A stretch of DNA of 64,000 nt, from the IMG/VR virus record IMGVR_UViG_2921643360_000001, positions 1 through 64,000 of that record; one strand, 5' to 3'. Shown one piece after another: positions 43,540 through 53,708 of the stretch. Source of the stretch: a virus. The translations under genes and the position numbers were made by a program. The notes beneath the pieces were generated by a model. It made no database searches, had not been told where the DNA came from, and saw only the letters and a list, made by a program, of their open reading frames with translations. How positions within the stretch are numbered: position 1 is the first letter of the stretch; the number at the start of each line of letters is the position of its first letter.

Positions 43540-44009
43540 AATTCAACAGTTTCAGCGCCTTCGCCAATCATCTTCAGAAACTCGCTGTGACGACGCCGGA
43601 AGTGACGCATGAGATGGTGAAGTCCGGCGCCAAAGAGATCGAGGATACGGCGAAGGGCATGATCGGGTTCTATCAGACCGACATCGCGCCTTATCCGACT
43701 TGGGCGCCGCTAAGCGAGAAGTACGAAGCCGCCAAGGTTGCGGCTGGATTTGAGCCGGATGCACCATTGCTGCGGACTGGCGAAATGCAGAAGAGCATCA
43801 GATCGACCGCTGAACGCAACGAGGCGGCGACGGGCTCGAATGACAAGGTGCTGGAGTATCACGAGTTCGGCACGCCGAATATGCCGCCGCGCCCTGTTCT
43901 CGGTCCTGCGGCACATCACAGTACGCCACGAATCATCTCCAGCATGGCTGCGACGACGTTTTATTTCCTCTCCGGGAAGGGCTGGCGCGCTCAGCTACGC
44001 CGGAAGTAG
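43536..44009 (+). CDS. HK97 gp10-family tail component
   Basis: LEYHEFGTPNMPPRPVLGPA matches the E-F-G-T...R-P-F-L motif of that family. Confidence 0.5.
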   Translation: MKFNSFSAFANHLQKLAVTTPEVTHEMVKSGAKEIEDTAKGMIGFYQTDIAPYPTWAPLSEKYEAAKVAAGFEPDAPLLRTGEMQKSIRSTAERNEAATGSNDKVLEYHEFGTPNMPPRPVLGPAAHHSTPRIISSMAATTFYFLSGKGWRAQLRRK

Positions 44010-44239
44010 AAGAACAGAAACACGATGGCGAGCACAGCAAGATAGACGCCAATGTATGGCACAAACAGCAGCATCGACGGCATGAACAGCGCACACAGTT
44101 TCGGTATGTGCGGTCGTGTTGCCCAGCGTGCCTTCCAGCCGTGAGCATGACCGCTCAGGCTTTTCACATTCGGCTTCGGGTACTGAATAAAGCTGACGCG
44201 ATCCGCCAGCCATTCGTGGATTCGGTAGGCGATGCCCAT
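43991..44239 (-). CDS. hypothetical membrane protein (opposite strand)
   Basis: 82 aa with a C-terminal TM (LCALFMPSMLLFVPYIGVYLAVLAIVFLFF). Could be a shadow ORF. Confidence 0.25.
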   Translation of the reverse strand: MGIAYRIHEWLADRVSFIQYPKPNVKSLSGHAHGWKARWATRPHIPKLCALFMPSMLLFVPYIGVYLAVLAIVFLFFYFRRS

Positions 44240-44274
44240 AGAAACTCCAGTAAGTTATTGAGTATACGACGGAA

Positions 44275-46180
44275 ATGATCAACGTCTACGAAATCGGCAC
44301 GACGCTCAAGCTGAATGACCTGATCACGCCGCAACTGCTCAAGTTGTCGGACGAGTTCCGCAAGGTCGATGCGATCGCACTGCAGATCAACAAGCGCCTG
44401 AAGTCGATGGGCGCCGAGATCGTAGGCATTCGGAATCTTGCGGGCGCAACGAAAGGCCTGGCCGCCAGCATGAAAGCGATCAAGGACGAGTCGGCGCTGG
44501 CAGAAAAGAATCTGTTTGCGCTGCGCATGGCGTTGCCCAGTGGCGGTCTCGGACTCGAAGCCGAACTGATCGCGGCGAACGTGCAGGCTCGCACGCTGCG
44601 CGACGCTGGCTGGCATTCGTGGCGGCGGCCGCTTGCCTCCCGGTGGCGGCGGTGGTCATCTGCCGTCTCCTGGCGGTGCGGGTGGCGGTCGTCGCGGTGG
44701 CGGTCACATTCACGGCGGCAACATCCATGTTGGCTCAGGCGGAATCGGTATCGGCGGAATCGGCATGGGACTGATGAGCGATGCTCTGATCCCGCTCGGC
44801 GCGGGCATGGTCACCTACTACGTCGGCAAGCAGTTCTACGAAGGCGCGAAGGACTATCAGGACGCCTTCATGCGCTTCAAATCGCTGAATCTCGGCGATC
44901 AGGTCAATGCTGAGGCTGACAAGTTCGTCAAGGCGACGAAAGTCTACGGCGTCTCGCAGACCGAACTGATGAAGGCGCTGGGCGAATCGGTTGGCCTGTT
45001 CGGTTCGTTCGATGAGGCGAAGAAGTTCACGCCCGACCTGCTGACGCTCGGTAAGGCCAACTCGGCGGTATTCGGCGACAAGAACGGGCATCTCGACGAT
45101 GAGGGGTTGAAAAGCCTGCTCAAGTTCATCGATCGCCGCGGTGGATTCAAGGACGAAGCGACATTCAAGCGCAATCTTGACCTCGCAGAAAAGATGGTCA
45201 CAGGCTCATCCGGGTTCTTGAAGTTTAACGACCTCGGCGCATTCTCCCAGAACGCAGGCACGGCATTCCGCACGCTTTCCGATGAGGGTTTGCTGGAAAT
45301 GGAGGGCCTGCTGATCGAACAAGGCGGCCAGAAAGCGGGTACGGCGTGGATGAGCCTGTATCAGAACCTGGTCGCTGGCCGCACGCCGAAAAAGACGATG
45401 GGTCTGCTGCAAGACCTTGGTCTCGGGACGCTCCAGATGCAGGAGCATGGTTCTGTCGGCGGCAAGCCCCTGAAGTCTCTTGTCATGGCGGATATCAAGG
45501 AGTCCGCGCTACTCCAGTCGAATCCGCCAAAGTGGATGCGCGACGTTCTGATCCCGACCATGCAGGCGCATGGGATTACGTCAGAGGCTCAGCAGTTGAA
45601 AGCGGTGAACGACATTCTGTCGAACCGTACAGCGTCTGGTCAGGGTTCCATCATGACGACGCAGCAGTTCCAGCTTTTGCGGGACTTTCACCTTGCCAGG
45701 GGCGCTATGGGCGCAGACAAGGTGTCCGGCATGTTCAAGGACTCCGCATCGGGCGCTGAAGCCGATTTCGACGCTGCGTGGACGGATTTCAAGAAGCAGT
45801 TCGGCACTACGATGCTGCCACAGATCACGAGCATGCTGAAGACCGGAACAGACCTGCTGCGCTCGCTGGCAAGCATCACGGAAAGCGAGAACTTCAAGTC
45901 GTTCATGAGTTTCGCATCAAAGGTCAACGGCACCTTCGGCTGGCTGCCAAAGCAGTTTTTCGGCTCAGCCAATGCGGCTGAACCCGGACAAAGCCCGAAC
46001 GTTAAGACGGGCACGCCACAGCCTTTCAAGCTGAGTACGACTATCAACCTCGACGGCAGAAAGATCGGCGAGGCGGCGACGGACTACATCCTGAATGGCA
46101 TGGGCAAGCCCCAATCCACCAGTTCCGGCTTCGATTTCACACGCGCAGCACCGCCAATCGGCCACTCTTTCGCACGCTAA
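44275..46180 (+). CDS. tail tape measure protein with apparent +1 frame break near 44600-44635
   Basis: A plausible N-terminal part is in frame 1 (44275..about 44610). The remainder is in frame 2, a 515-aa ORF starting with a Gly-rich segment. The junction lies in a ggcggcggcc/GGN repeat tract. Confidence 0.6.
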
Positions 46181-47134
46181 ATGGCAACCAATCTCTCTCT
46201 CGGCGATGTCCTGTTCGCGGATCTCGAAATCCCTGAACACATCACGTTCGGCGGCGAACAGCGGCTGACGGTGCATGAACTGGTCGGCGGCACGCGCATT
46301 ATCGACGCGATGGGCCGCTCGGACATGCCGCTTGACTGGTCGGGCTGGTTCATGGGTCAGAATGCGCTGGCTCGTGCGCAATATCTCGAGGCGCAGCGCA
46401 TCGCCGGCACATCGGTGCCGCTGGTCTGGTCCGAACTGTTCTACGACGTTGTCATCCAGCGATTCGAGGCGGATTTCCAGCGCGAGTGGATGATCCCTTA
46501 TCGGATCACCTGCGTTGTGGTTGCGAATCATGCGCAGCCGCAGACGTCGCTTGCTGGACCGTCGATCAACGACCTGATGGCGTCGGACCTGTCGAGCGCC
46601 AACCTGCTTGCGAGCCAGATCGGCAATAGCACGCTGACCGGTCTGATGGGCACGGTCAATTCGGCTATCTCCACAGTATCGAGCTTCGCCAGCGCTACGG
46701 CCAGCACGATCAATAGCGTTCTTCAGCCGATCAATGCGGTACAGCAGCAGGTTGCGACGCTGATCGGGCAAGCGGCAAACACGATGGCGAACGTGACGAC
46801 ACTGGGCGGCATCCTGCCAAATAACCCGATCTCGACATCGGTGGCGAACATCGCGGCACAAGTCACGGCGTATCAGCAATCTCCCCTGCTCTACAACCTC
46901 CAGTCCGTCATGGGGCGTATGTCGATCAACCTCGGCAACGTCACAGGTGCGACGCAGCAGATCACGACGGCTGGCGGCAACCTGATGGATCTGGCCGCCA
47001 AGGTCTACGGCAAGGCTGAAGCATGGACGGGCATTGCAAAGGCTAACGGCCTGAGAGATCCCGTTGTGCAGGGCGTTCAAACACTCAACATTCCGGTCAC
47101 GCCGGATAACAGCGGCGGCGTCCTGACTTCATGA
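46181..47134 (+). CDS. tail protein with C-terminal LysM-like domain (Mu gp43 / P2 gpX-like)
   Basis: C-terminal AKVYGKAEAWTGIAKANGLRDPVVQGVQTLNIP resembles LysM. Confidence 0.55.
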   Translation: MATNLSLGDVLFADLEIPEHITFGGEQRLTVHELVGGTRIIDAMGRSDMPLDWSGWFMGQNALARAQYLEAQRIAGTSVPLVWSELFYDVVIQRFEADFQREWMIPYRITCVVVANHAQPQTSLAGPSINDLMASDLSSANLLASQIGNSTLTGLMGTVNSAISTVSSFASATASTINSVLQPINAVQQQVATLIGQAANTMANVTTLGGILPNNPISTSVANIAAQVTAYQQSPLLYNLQSVMGRMSINLGNVTGATQQITTAGGNLMDLAAKVYGKAEAWTGIAKANGLRDPVVQGVQTLNIPVTPDNSGGVLTS

Positions 47135-48273
47135 CGACACTCAACATCGTTCCTGCGGTCGCCTCCGCACGGCAGCCGCGCGGCATGGTGTTGCTGGGCG
47201 ACCCGAATCAGCCTGGCACGTCGGTTCCGTGGATCGACTGGGACGTCGAGCAGAACGCGTGGCATTCGGCCAGCACGTTTCGCATGCGCCTGCCTATCTC
47301 TGCGCTGAGCGCTCCAATTGATCTGAATTACGTGCTCGGCACAAACCCGATCCAGGCGCAGATCTTCGCAGGCTTTCCGGGCAACCCCGATAGCTACGGA
47401 ACAGCCGATCTCCAGCAACTCATCACGGGCAACGTCGACCAGATCCAGTTTGGGCCGGCGAGGCGCTGGATTGAACTGAGCGGACGCGATTACACGTCGC
47501 TGCTGATCGATGCGAAAACGTTCGACCGCTGGACCAACCAGACGGCGAGCGAGATTGCGGCGACGCTGGCGAATCGTCATGGTCTGAAGCCGCAAGTTAC
47601 TGCGACGACGGGCGCAGTCGGCAAGATCTACGAAATCGACAAGATCCACGATCGGCACGGCAGCACCGAATGGGAATTGCTCACGTGGCTGGCAGGCATC
47701 TATGACTTCGTGGTCTATGTGCAGGGCATGACGCTGTACTTCGGGCCGAAGCCTGACCCGACGACGGCGACGCCCTACGCGCTCCAGTGGAAGAACCCGG
47801 ATGCGCTGACGACTACGACGTTCCAGGGCAATGTGCTCGACATGTCGTTCTCACGCACGCTGACGGTCGGAAAGGGTGTGACGGTTCAGGTTCACAGCTT
47901 AAATCACAAGCAGAAAACCGGATTCACCGTCACTTATCCCGAAAGCAAAGCCAAGGGAATCAAGCCCGGTTCGGCGACCGCGCCCGCTCAGGTCTACAGC
48001 TACATCATCGCCAATCTGACGCAGCAGGATGCACAGCAGCGCGCGAAACAGATCTACGACGACATCATCCACCACGAACTCAAGATGAGCGCCGAACTGC
48101 CAGGCGACAACATTTTGACGCCAAACACGATGGTGAGTGTTTCCGGGACCGAAACACCATTCGACACGATGTATTACGTTGAATCCGTCAGTCGGCGCAT
48201 GAGCATCGATTCAGGTTATTCAATGTCGATGCGCGGCAAGAATCACTCGCTCGACACTACAGTCATTCCATGA
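47131..48273 (+). CDS. baseplate hub / late control protein D-like (P2 gpD, Mu gpP)
   Basis: 380 aa; position and size match. Confidence 0.65.
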   Translation: MTTLNIVPAVASARQPRGMVLLGDPNQPGTSVPWIDWDVEQNAWHSASTFRMRLPISALSAPIDLNYVLGTNPIQAQIFAGFPGNPDSYGTADLQQLITGNVDQIQFGPARRWIELSGRDYTSLLIDAKTFDRWTNQTASEIAATLANRHGLKPQVTATTGAVGKIYEIDKIHDRHGSTEWELLTWLAGIYDFVVYVQGMTLYFGPKPDPTTATPYALQWKNPDALTTTTFQGNVLDMSFSRTLTVGKGVTVQVHSLNHKQKTGFTVTYPESKAKGIKPGSATAPAQVYSYIIANLTQQDAQQRAKQIYDDIIHHELKMSAELPGDNILTPNTMVSVSGTETPFDTMYYVESVSRRMSIDSGYSMSMRGKNHSLDTTVIP

Positions 48274-48920
48274 TCGACAACCTTCTCAACCAGATACGCG
48301 CTCACGCCCAGATGGCCCAGGGCGAGAAGACGACGCATCGGGTCGGCCAGGTGACGGCATATGACCCAAGCAAGTATTCGGTCAAGGTCAAGATGTGGCC
48401 GGACACGCAGGAATCGCTGGGCTGGATTCCGCTTGCGTCGACCTACATCGGGAATGGATGGGGACTCGTCGCGGGGCCATCCATCGGCGATCAGGTGATG
48501 ATCGCATTCGATCGCGAGGATCAGGATGCGGGCGTCGTGGTTGGCAGGTTCTTCACGGATGTGGAGCAGCCCCCGGCCGCCCCATCCGGGGACTTCTGGC
48601 TGGTGCATAAGTCGGGCTCGCTGCTGAAGTTTCACGGCGATGGCTCGGTCGAATTGACAGCCAATGCGACACTGACCTACCGCGCCGCTCAGCATCACTT
48701 CATTGGGCCTGTGCAGATGGATGCCACCCTCAACGTGAATCAGGCGATCAGCGGCGAGGGAGGAATGTCGATCTCTGGCGACAACGGCAGCGGCCACGCG
48801 TCGACCGTCACTGGCAACACGAACTTTGTCGGCGGTGTGACCGCAAACGGTCACGACATCGGCAGCACGCATCAGCACATCAATTCAGGCGGCTCTGGCC
48901 TCGGTGGGGTTCCGCAATGA
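48270..48920 (+). CDS. baseplate spike protein gpV-like
   Basis: 216 aa with a Gly-rich C-terminus. Confidence 0.6.
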   Translation: MIDNLLNQIRAHAQMAQGEKTTHRVGQVTAYDPSKYSVKVKMWPDTQESLGWIPLASTYIGNGWGLVAGPSIGDQVMIAFDREDQDAGVVVGRFFTDVEQPPAAPSGDFWLVHKSGSLLKFHGDGSVELTANATLTYRAAQHHFIGPVQMDATLNVNQAISGEGGMSISGDNGSGHASTVTGNTNFVGGVTANGHDIGSTHQHINSGGSGLGGVPQ

Positions 48921-49318
48921 CAACGCAATCTCTCAATGACCTGAATCAGTTGTGGTCCCAGGATATCGTCCCGAGCCCGACTGGCGATCTCGGCATAGCA
49001 ACCGACGCGACCCGCAGCCAGCAGCGCGTCATCCGGCGCCTGTTGACAAACCCGCTTGACGCGAACGGACCTCCTGACTATCCGCTCCATCCTACCTACG
49101 GCGCAGGACTAGCCCGGTACGTCGGCCAAAACGTCGACCTCGCCAAGATGCGCACGCTGATCCGCGGGCAGATGCTGCTCGAGGATTCTGTCTCGAAGAA
49201 TCCGCAGCCGCAAGTCACCGTGAAGCTGGTTGATCCGACAACCCTATCCGTCTACATCAGGTACACCGTCGCCGGGTCGGGATCGCCAGCCGTCTTGCAA
49301 TTCAACGTCAATAACTGA
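48917..49318 (+). CDS. baseplate protein gpW / GP25-like
   Basis: 133 aa. Confidence 0.55.
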   Translation: MTTQSLNDLNQLWSQDIVPSPTGDLGIATDATRSQQRVIRRLLTNPLDANGPPDYPLHPTYGAGLARYVGQNVDLAKMRTLIRGQMLLEDSVSKNPQPQVTVKLVDPTTLSVYIRYTVAGSGSPAVLQFNVNN

Positions 49319-49337
49319 CGCATCGACATTCAATCTG

Positions 49338-49360
49338 AGCCACCTTCGGGTGGCTTTTTG
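49338..49360 (+). terminator. rho-independent terminator inside the baseplate operon
   Basis: AGCCACC-TTCG-GGTGGCT followed by TTTTT. Confidence 0.6.
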
Positions 49361-49374
49361 CATTTCAGGACGCT

Positions 49375-50502
49375 ATGGCATCGATCAACCAATGGAGTTT
49401 GAGCCAGGCGATCGGCAACATGGTCGCGTCTACGCAGGCCAAGGCAAAGGTTCTGCTCGACTTCACCGTTGGCTCGGTCAATCTGGCGATCATTGAGGCC
49501 GTCGCTCAGGTGGTGATCTGGCTTGAGGGCTTAATCCTCACGCTGCTCGCTGTCACGCGAGCCGCAACGTCGAGTGGCTCCGATCTTGACTCGTGGATGG
49601 CGGATTACGGCCTGACGCGGCTTGCGGCTACCTCGTCGACCGGGCAAGTCACCTTCTCACGATTCACGCCGACGTATCAGGCGGTCGTGCCAGTCGGAAC
49701 TGTTGTGCAAACGGCGGACGGGACGCAGCAATTCACCGTCATCGCCGATACGACGCAGACGGCCTACAACGCGACGCTCGGCGGCTATGTCATCGCTGCG
49801 GGCATCTCTGGCGCCGTCGCAACAGTCCAGGCGGTCAACGCCGGCACGCAGACCAACGTCCTCGCCAATACGGTCACGACGCTGACGCAGGCGGTGCAAT
49901 ACGTCGATACGGTCACGAACGCAAATCCGTTCGCTAACGCCGTCGACACCGAGACTGACACTGCGTTTCGGGCGCGGTTCGTCACTTACATCAACTCACT
50001 GTCGAAGGCGACGAAAAGCGCAGTCGGCAATGCGATCCTCGCGGTTCAGCAAGGACTGTCCTATGTGCTGGTGGAAAACCAGACGTATGGCGGTGCCACG
50101 CAAATGGGCTACTTCTACGCCGTCGTCGCACTGAATGGCGCGGTGCCCGGATCGACGCTACTCAATTCGATCGCCAATGCGGTCGACGCGGTTCGGCCAA
50201 TTACCTCGACGTTTGGCGTGTTCGCCGCTGCTACCGTCAACGCGAATATCGCGATGACTATCACGACGTCGTCCGGTTACACACATTCGGCAGTGGTCAC
50301 GCAGGTTCAGACGGCTCTGCAAAGCTACATCGCCACGCTGGGCATCGGTCAGACGTTGGCCTATACCCGCCTCGCGCAAGTCGCGTATGACGCATCACCT
50401 GGCGTGACTGGAGTCAGCGCAATCACGCTCAACGGCGGCACGTCAGATCTCACCGCTACGCAGCAACAACTGATCGTCAGCGGCACGCTGAGCATCACGT
50501 AA
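49375..50502 (+). CDS. baseplate J-like protein
   Basis: 375 aa. Confidence 0.65.
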   Translation: MASINQWSLSQAIGNMVASTQAKAKVLLDFTVGSVNLAIIEAVAQVVIWLEGLILTLLAVTRAATSSGSDLDSWMADYGLTRLAATSSTGQVTFSRFTPTYQAVVPVGTVVQTADGTQQFTVIADTTQTAYNATLGGYVIAAGISGAVATVQAVNAGTQTNVLANTVTTLTQAVQYVDTVTNANPFANAVDTETDTAFRARFVTYINSLSKATKSAVGNAILAVQQGLSYVLVENQTYGGATQMGYFYAVVALNGAVPGSTLLNSIANAVDAVRPITSTFGVFAAATVNANIAMTITTSSGYTHSAVVTQVQTALQSYIATLGIGQTLAYTRLAQVAYDASPGVTGVSAITLNGGTSDLTATQQQLIVSGTLSIT

Positions 50503-50511
50503 GGAGGCGCC

Positions 50512-51228
50512 TTGTCGATTGGAGATAGCAACGACGTCTTCGGGCGCCTGAAAGCCGCCCTGCCGCAGCGATGGTTTGGGTCGACTTCGGATTCGATGCC
50601 GGTTGTCGATTCGATCCTGGCAGGACTCGGAACCGGGTTGACGTTCATCTATTCGCTGTATGCCTACGCCAAGGCACAAACAAGACTTTTAACCTGTTCG
50701 GATGGCTTTCTCGATATTTTCGCCAGCGACTTCTTCGGGTCGTCGATACAGCGCAAGGCAAACCAGTCTGACGCCTCATTCAGGGGAGTCATCCAGGCAA
50801 ATCTATTCGCCGAGAAGGCCACACGCAAAGGCGTCGTCAACGTCCTTACGACCATCACCGGGCGAGCGCCAGTCGTATTCGAGCCCAACCGCGTTGGTGA
50901 CGTCGCAATTATGGGCGTGCCAACGGCAGGCGGACAGAACTACATGGGCATTCAGACGAGCATGTATGTCGGGCCTGCGCGCATGGCGTCCACGGCGACA
51001 CCCTACCAGGCTTTCATCATCGCATACCGCCCACAGGCAACGGGCGGATCGGCTGGCGGTGCTTTTACGGATGCGCCCACTCAAGCCGCACTGAATACGC
51101 CCCTCGCCAAGTCATACACCAATTCCCTGTCATTGCTGACGTCAAGCGCAACCGACGCCGACATCTACGCAGCAGTGGACGCTACGCGCCCGGTCGGAAC
51201 CATTCTCTGGGTAAGCATTTCGAACTGA
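50512..51228 (+). CDS. baseplate / tail protein I-like (Mu gp48-like)
   Basis: 238 aa. Confidence 0.5.
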   Translation: MSIGDSNDVFGRLKAALPQRWFGSTSDSMPVVDSILAGLGTGLTFIYSLYAYAKAQTRLLTCSDGFLDIFASDFFGSSIQRKANQSDASFRGVIQANLFAEKATRKGVVNVLTTITGRAPVVFEPNRVGDVAIMGVPTAGGQNYMGIQTSMYVGPARMASTATPYQAFIIAYRPQATGGSAGGAFTDAPTQAALNTPLAKSYTNSLSLLTSSATDADIYAAVDATRPVGTILWVSISN

Positions 51229-51328
51229 CAAGCATGTCTAATCTATTTCGGCTAAAATAGCGAGACCCGCTCGGTGCGCTAACACCTTGCGGGCCTCTAA
51301 CCACCATCTGCTTTCGAGGAGCAAAACG

Positions 51329-51952
51329 ATGGCTACCAAAGATTTTACCTCAGTTGGCGCAGTATTTTCCCGCCTTACCGTGATAGGTTCGCCAGAGAAG
51401 CGCGACCAGCGCTGGTTCGCGCCCTGCCGTTGCGAATGCGGGGCCGAGAAGTTTGTGCAATGCAAGCATCTTGTGTCCGGCGCGACGGTTTCCTGCGGTT
51501 GCGTGAAAAAGGGGCGACCCAACCTGAAGAATCGGACCCATGGCAATTGCGTTGGCGAGAGCAAGGCTTCTCCAACGTATCTAAGCTGGGTTGCTGCCAA
51601 ATCGCGTTGCGATGATGCCAAGGACCGAGACTATGCGAATTACGGCGGTCGGGGCATTCGCATGTGCGATCGCTGGCGCAATGATTTCTCGACGTTTCTC
51701 GCCGACATGGGCGAGCGGCCCGTTGGCATGACGCTAGACCGCTTCCCGGACACGGACGGCCACTACGAGCCGGGCAATTGCCGCTGGGCGACGAACCGCG
51801 AGCAACAGAATAACCGCCGCAATAATGTCCTCATTGAGCACGGCGGCCAGATGAAAACATGCACGCAGGTCGCCCGCGAATATGGAATCCGCCCCAGTGT
51901 GTTCATTGGCCGCATACGACGAGGATGGTCGGTAGAACGCGCCACATCCTAA
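51329..51952 (+). CDS. HNH-like homing-endonuclease-like protein, paralogue 2
   Basis: CRCECG...SCGC zinc ribbon, then YGGRGIRMCDRW...ADMGERPVGMTLDRFPDTDGHYEPGNCRWATNREQQNNR. AGGAGCAAAAC RBS precedes it. Confidence 0.55.
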   Translation: MATKDFTSVGAVFSRLTVIGSPEKRDQRWFAPCRCECGAEKFVQCKHLVSGATVSCGCVKKGRPNLKNRTHGNCVGESKASPTYLSWVAAKSRCDDAKDRDYANYGGRGIRMCDRWRNDFSTFLADMGERPVGMTLDRFPDTDGHYEPGNCRWATNREQQNNRRNNVLIEHGGQMKTCTQVAREYGIRPSVFIGRIRRGWSVERATS

Positions 51953-51988
51953 CCTGTCGGCAAATAGATAGCTGACGCTAAAACACCA

Positions 51989-52043
51989 AGCCCGCTAAAC
52001 GCGGGCTTTTTCATTTTCTGGCCCGCCATCGTGCGGGCTTTTT
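51989..52043 (+). terminator. tandem rho-independent terminators
   Basis: AGCCCGC-TAAAC-GCGGGCT + TTTTT (51989-52011), and GCCCGC-CATCGT-GCGGGC + TTTTT (52021-52043). Confidence 0.7.
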
Positions 52044-52060
52044 GCATTTCTGGAGCCTAA

Positions 52061-53704
52061 ATGGACCGTGTGATTACGTATGTAGGGATGAGCGTATACG
52101 AATGGCTCTTTTCTAAACAAGCGCAAAGCTCGATGGTCGGGCTCTCGAAGCTGTCGGCCGCCATGTTCGGTTCGAATACCGTGGCCAATGGTCTTTCCTG
52201 CGTACCGACCGGCCCCGCTTCGCTGCAAGTCGTCATCAACCCCGGCGAAATCTACTCGTTCGCCAACCTCGAGAACAGCGTCTGCGGAACGCTGCCGACT
52301 GATTCTCACAGCATCATGAAGCAAGGCGTCCTGCTGGATGCTTTTACGACGACTGCTGGTGCGCTTCCCGCGCCAGGCACGGCTGGACAGTCGGTGAACT
52401 ATCTCATCGAAGCCCAGTACGCAGATTCAGACGTCTCGGTCGATCCGACGACGGGCAGCGCGCCTGTCGTGCTTCAGTTCTATAACTCTTCGAATCCCGG
52501 CTCGCCTTGGAGCGGTCCTGGCGGCCTCGGCGGCACGAGCAACACGTTCCGTAAGGGCGTTGTGTCGCTCCAGATCAAGGCAGGTGCCGCGGCAACGACG
52601 GGCAGCCAGACGACGCCCTCACCTGATGCTGGCTGGACTGGGCTGTGGGTCGTGACGGTCGCCAATGGGCAGACACAGATCCTCGCGGGCAACATCACGC
52701 AATACGCAGGCGCGCCAATCCTGCCGTCGTCGATTCTTTCGTCGATCCAAAGCGGAAATATGTCGTATGCGGTCGCAACCGGGTCGGCTAACGCTCACAC
52801 GATCGCCTTGACGCCGGCTCTCACGTCGCGCGTCGACGGCATGATGATCCGCTACAAGGCTCCTGCCGCCAACACGACAGCCGTGACGCTGAACGATGGC
52901 GTCGGAACGGCCAACGTTCTCGGCGCGAACCACGCGGCACTCCAGGGCGGCGAATACATCACCAACGGTGACGCCATTGTCGTCTGGAATAGCTCGATCA
53001 GCGGCGGTTCGTACATCCTCATCGAATGCACTGGCGGCGCCCTCCAAATCCCCCCCGCCACTCAGAGCCAGCATGCTGTGCAGTTGGGGCAGGTGCAGCA
53101 GAACTATGCGTGGAATGGCGGGTTCCAGGCCGTTAGCGCAACCGGGAACTTTACAGTTCCGGCCGGCGTTTATAGATTGCGTTACCGCGTATGGGGTGGC
53201 GGTGGCGGCTCAGGCGGATGTGGGTCGACTGGCCAGACAGCAGGGGGCGCTGGCGGTGGCGGCTACTCCGAGGGAGTCGCTAGCGTAACTCCTGGTCAAA
53301 CTGTGTCATGCACTATTGGAGCAGCAGGTACCGCCGGGGGGGCAGGTGGCTCCGGTGGTACAGGCGGCACTACGTCGTTCACTGCAGGCGCTTTGACGGT
53401 TTCCGCTACCGGCGGGTCTGGAAGTTCAAACGGCATAGGGTCTGGCGGGAATGGAGCAGCCGGTGGCACCGGATCTGGTGGGCAAAACAACCTGACTGGT
53501 GCCGGCGGCTGCTCGGGTTCGGGCTCGACGGGCGGCCCTGGGGGCATGGGTGGTTCGGCCCCCCAAGGCGGTGGCGGTGGCGGTGGCGCAACTGGGACCG
53601 CCCAGTCCGGGCAGACGCCTGGCGGCGGCGCAGGAGGGCCTGGTGCGGCTGGAGCCAACCCGGGCGCCATTGGCGGAGCTGGTCGCATTGTTTTTGAATG
53701 GTGA
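52061..53704 (+). CDS. tail fibre protein with Gly-rich C-terminal domain
   Basis: 547 aa. The C-terminal 180 aa are about 60 % Gly (GGGGSGGCGSTGQTAGGAGGGG...). Confidence 0.7.
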   Translation: MDRVITYVGMSVYEWLFSKQAQSSMVGLSKLSAAMFGSNTVANGLSCVPTGPASLQVVINPGEIYSFANLENSVCGTLPTDSHSIMKQGVLLDAFTTTAGALPAPGTAGQSVNYLIEAQYADSDVSVDPTTGSAPVVLQFYNSSNPGSPWSGPGGLGGTSNTFRKGVVSLQIKAGAAATTGSQTTPSPDAGWTGLWVVTVANGQTQILAGNITQYAGAPILPSSILSSIQSGNMSYAVATGSANAHTIALTPALTSRVDGMMIRYKAPAANTTAVTLNDGVGTANVLGANHAALQGGEYITNGDAIVVWNSSISGGSYILIECTGGALQIPPATQSQHAVQLGQVQQNYAWNGGFQAVSATGNFTVPAGVYRLRYRVWGGGGGSGGCGSTGQTAGGAGGGGYSEGVASVTPGQTVSCTIGAAGTAGGAGGSGGTGGTTSFTAGALTVSATGGSGSSNGIGSGGNGAAGGTGSGGQNNLTGAGGCSGSGSTGGPGGMGGSAPQGGGGGGGATGTAQSGQTPGGGAGGPGAAGANPGAIGGAGRIVFEW

Positions 53705-53708
53705 GCTT

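Noticed and set aside
53296-53688. 130-aa Pro-rich ORF and the 129/103-aa Arg/Trp-rich ORFs antisense to or frame-shifted within the tail-fibre Gly-rich region
   Set aside because: They are artefacts of GGN/NCC repeats; alternative frames of a poly-Gly coding tract read as poly-Pro or poly-Arg. No RBS and no independent support.
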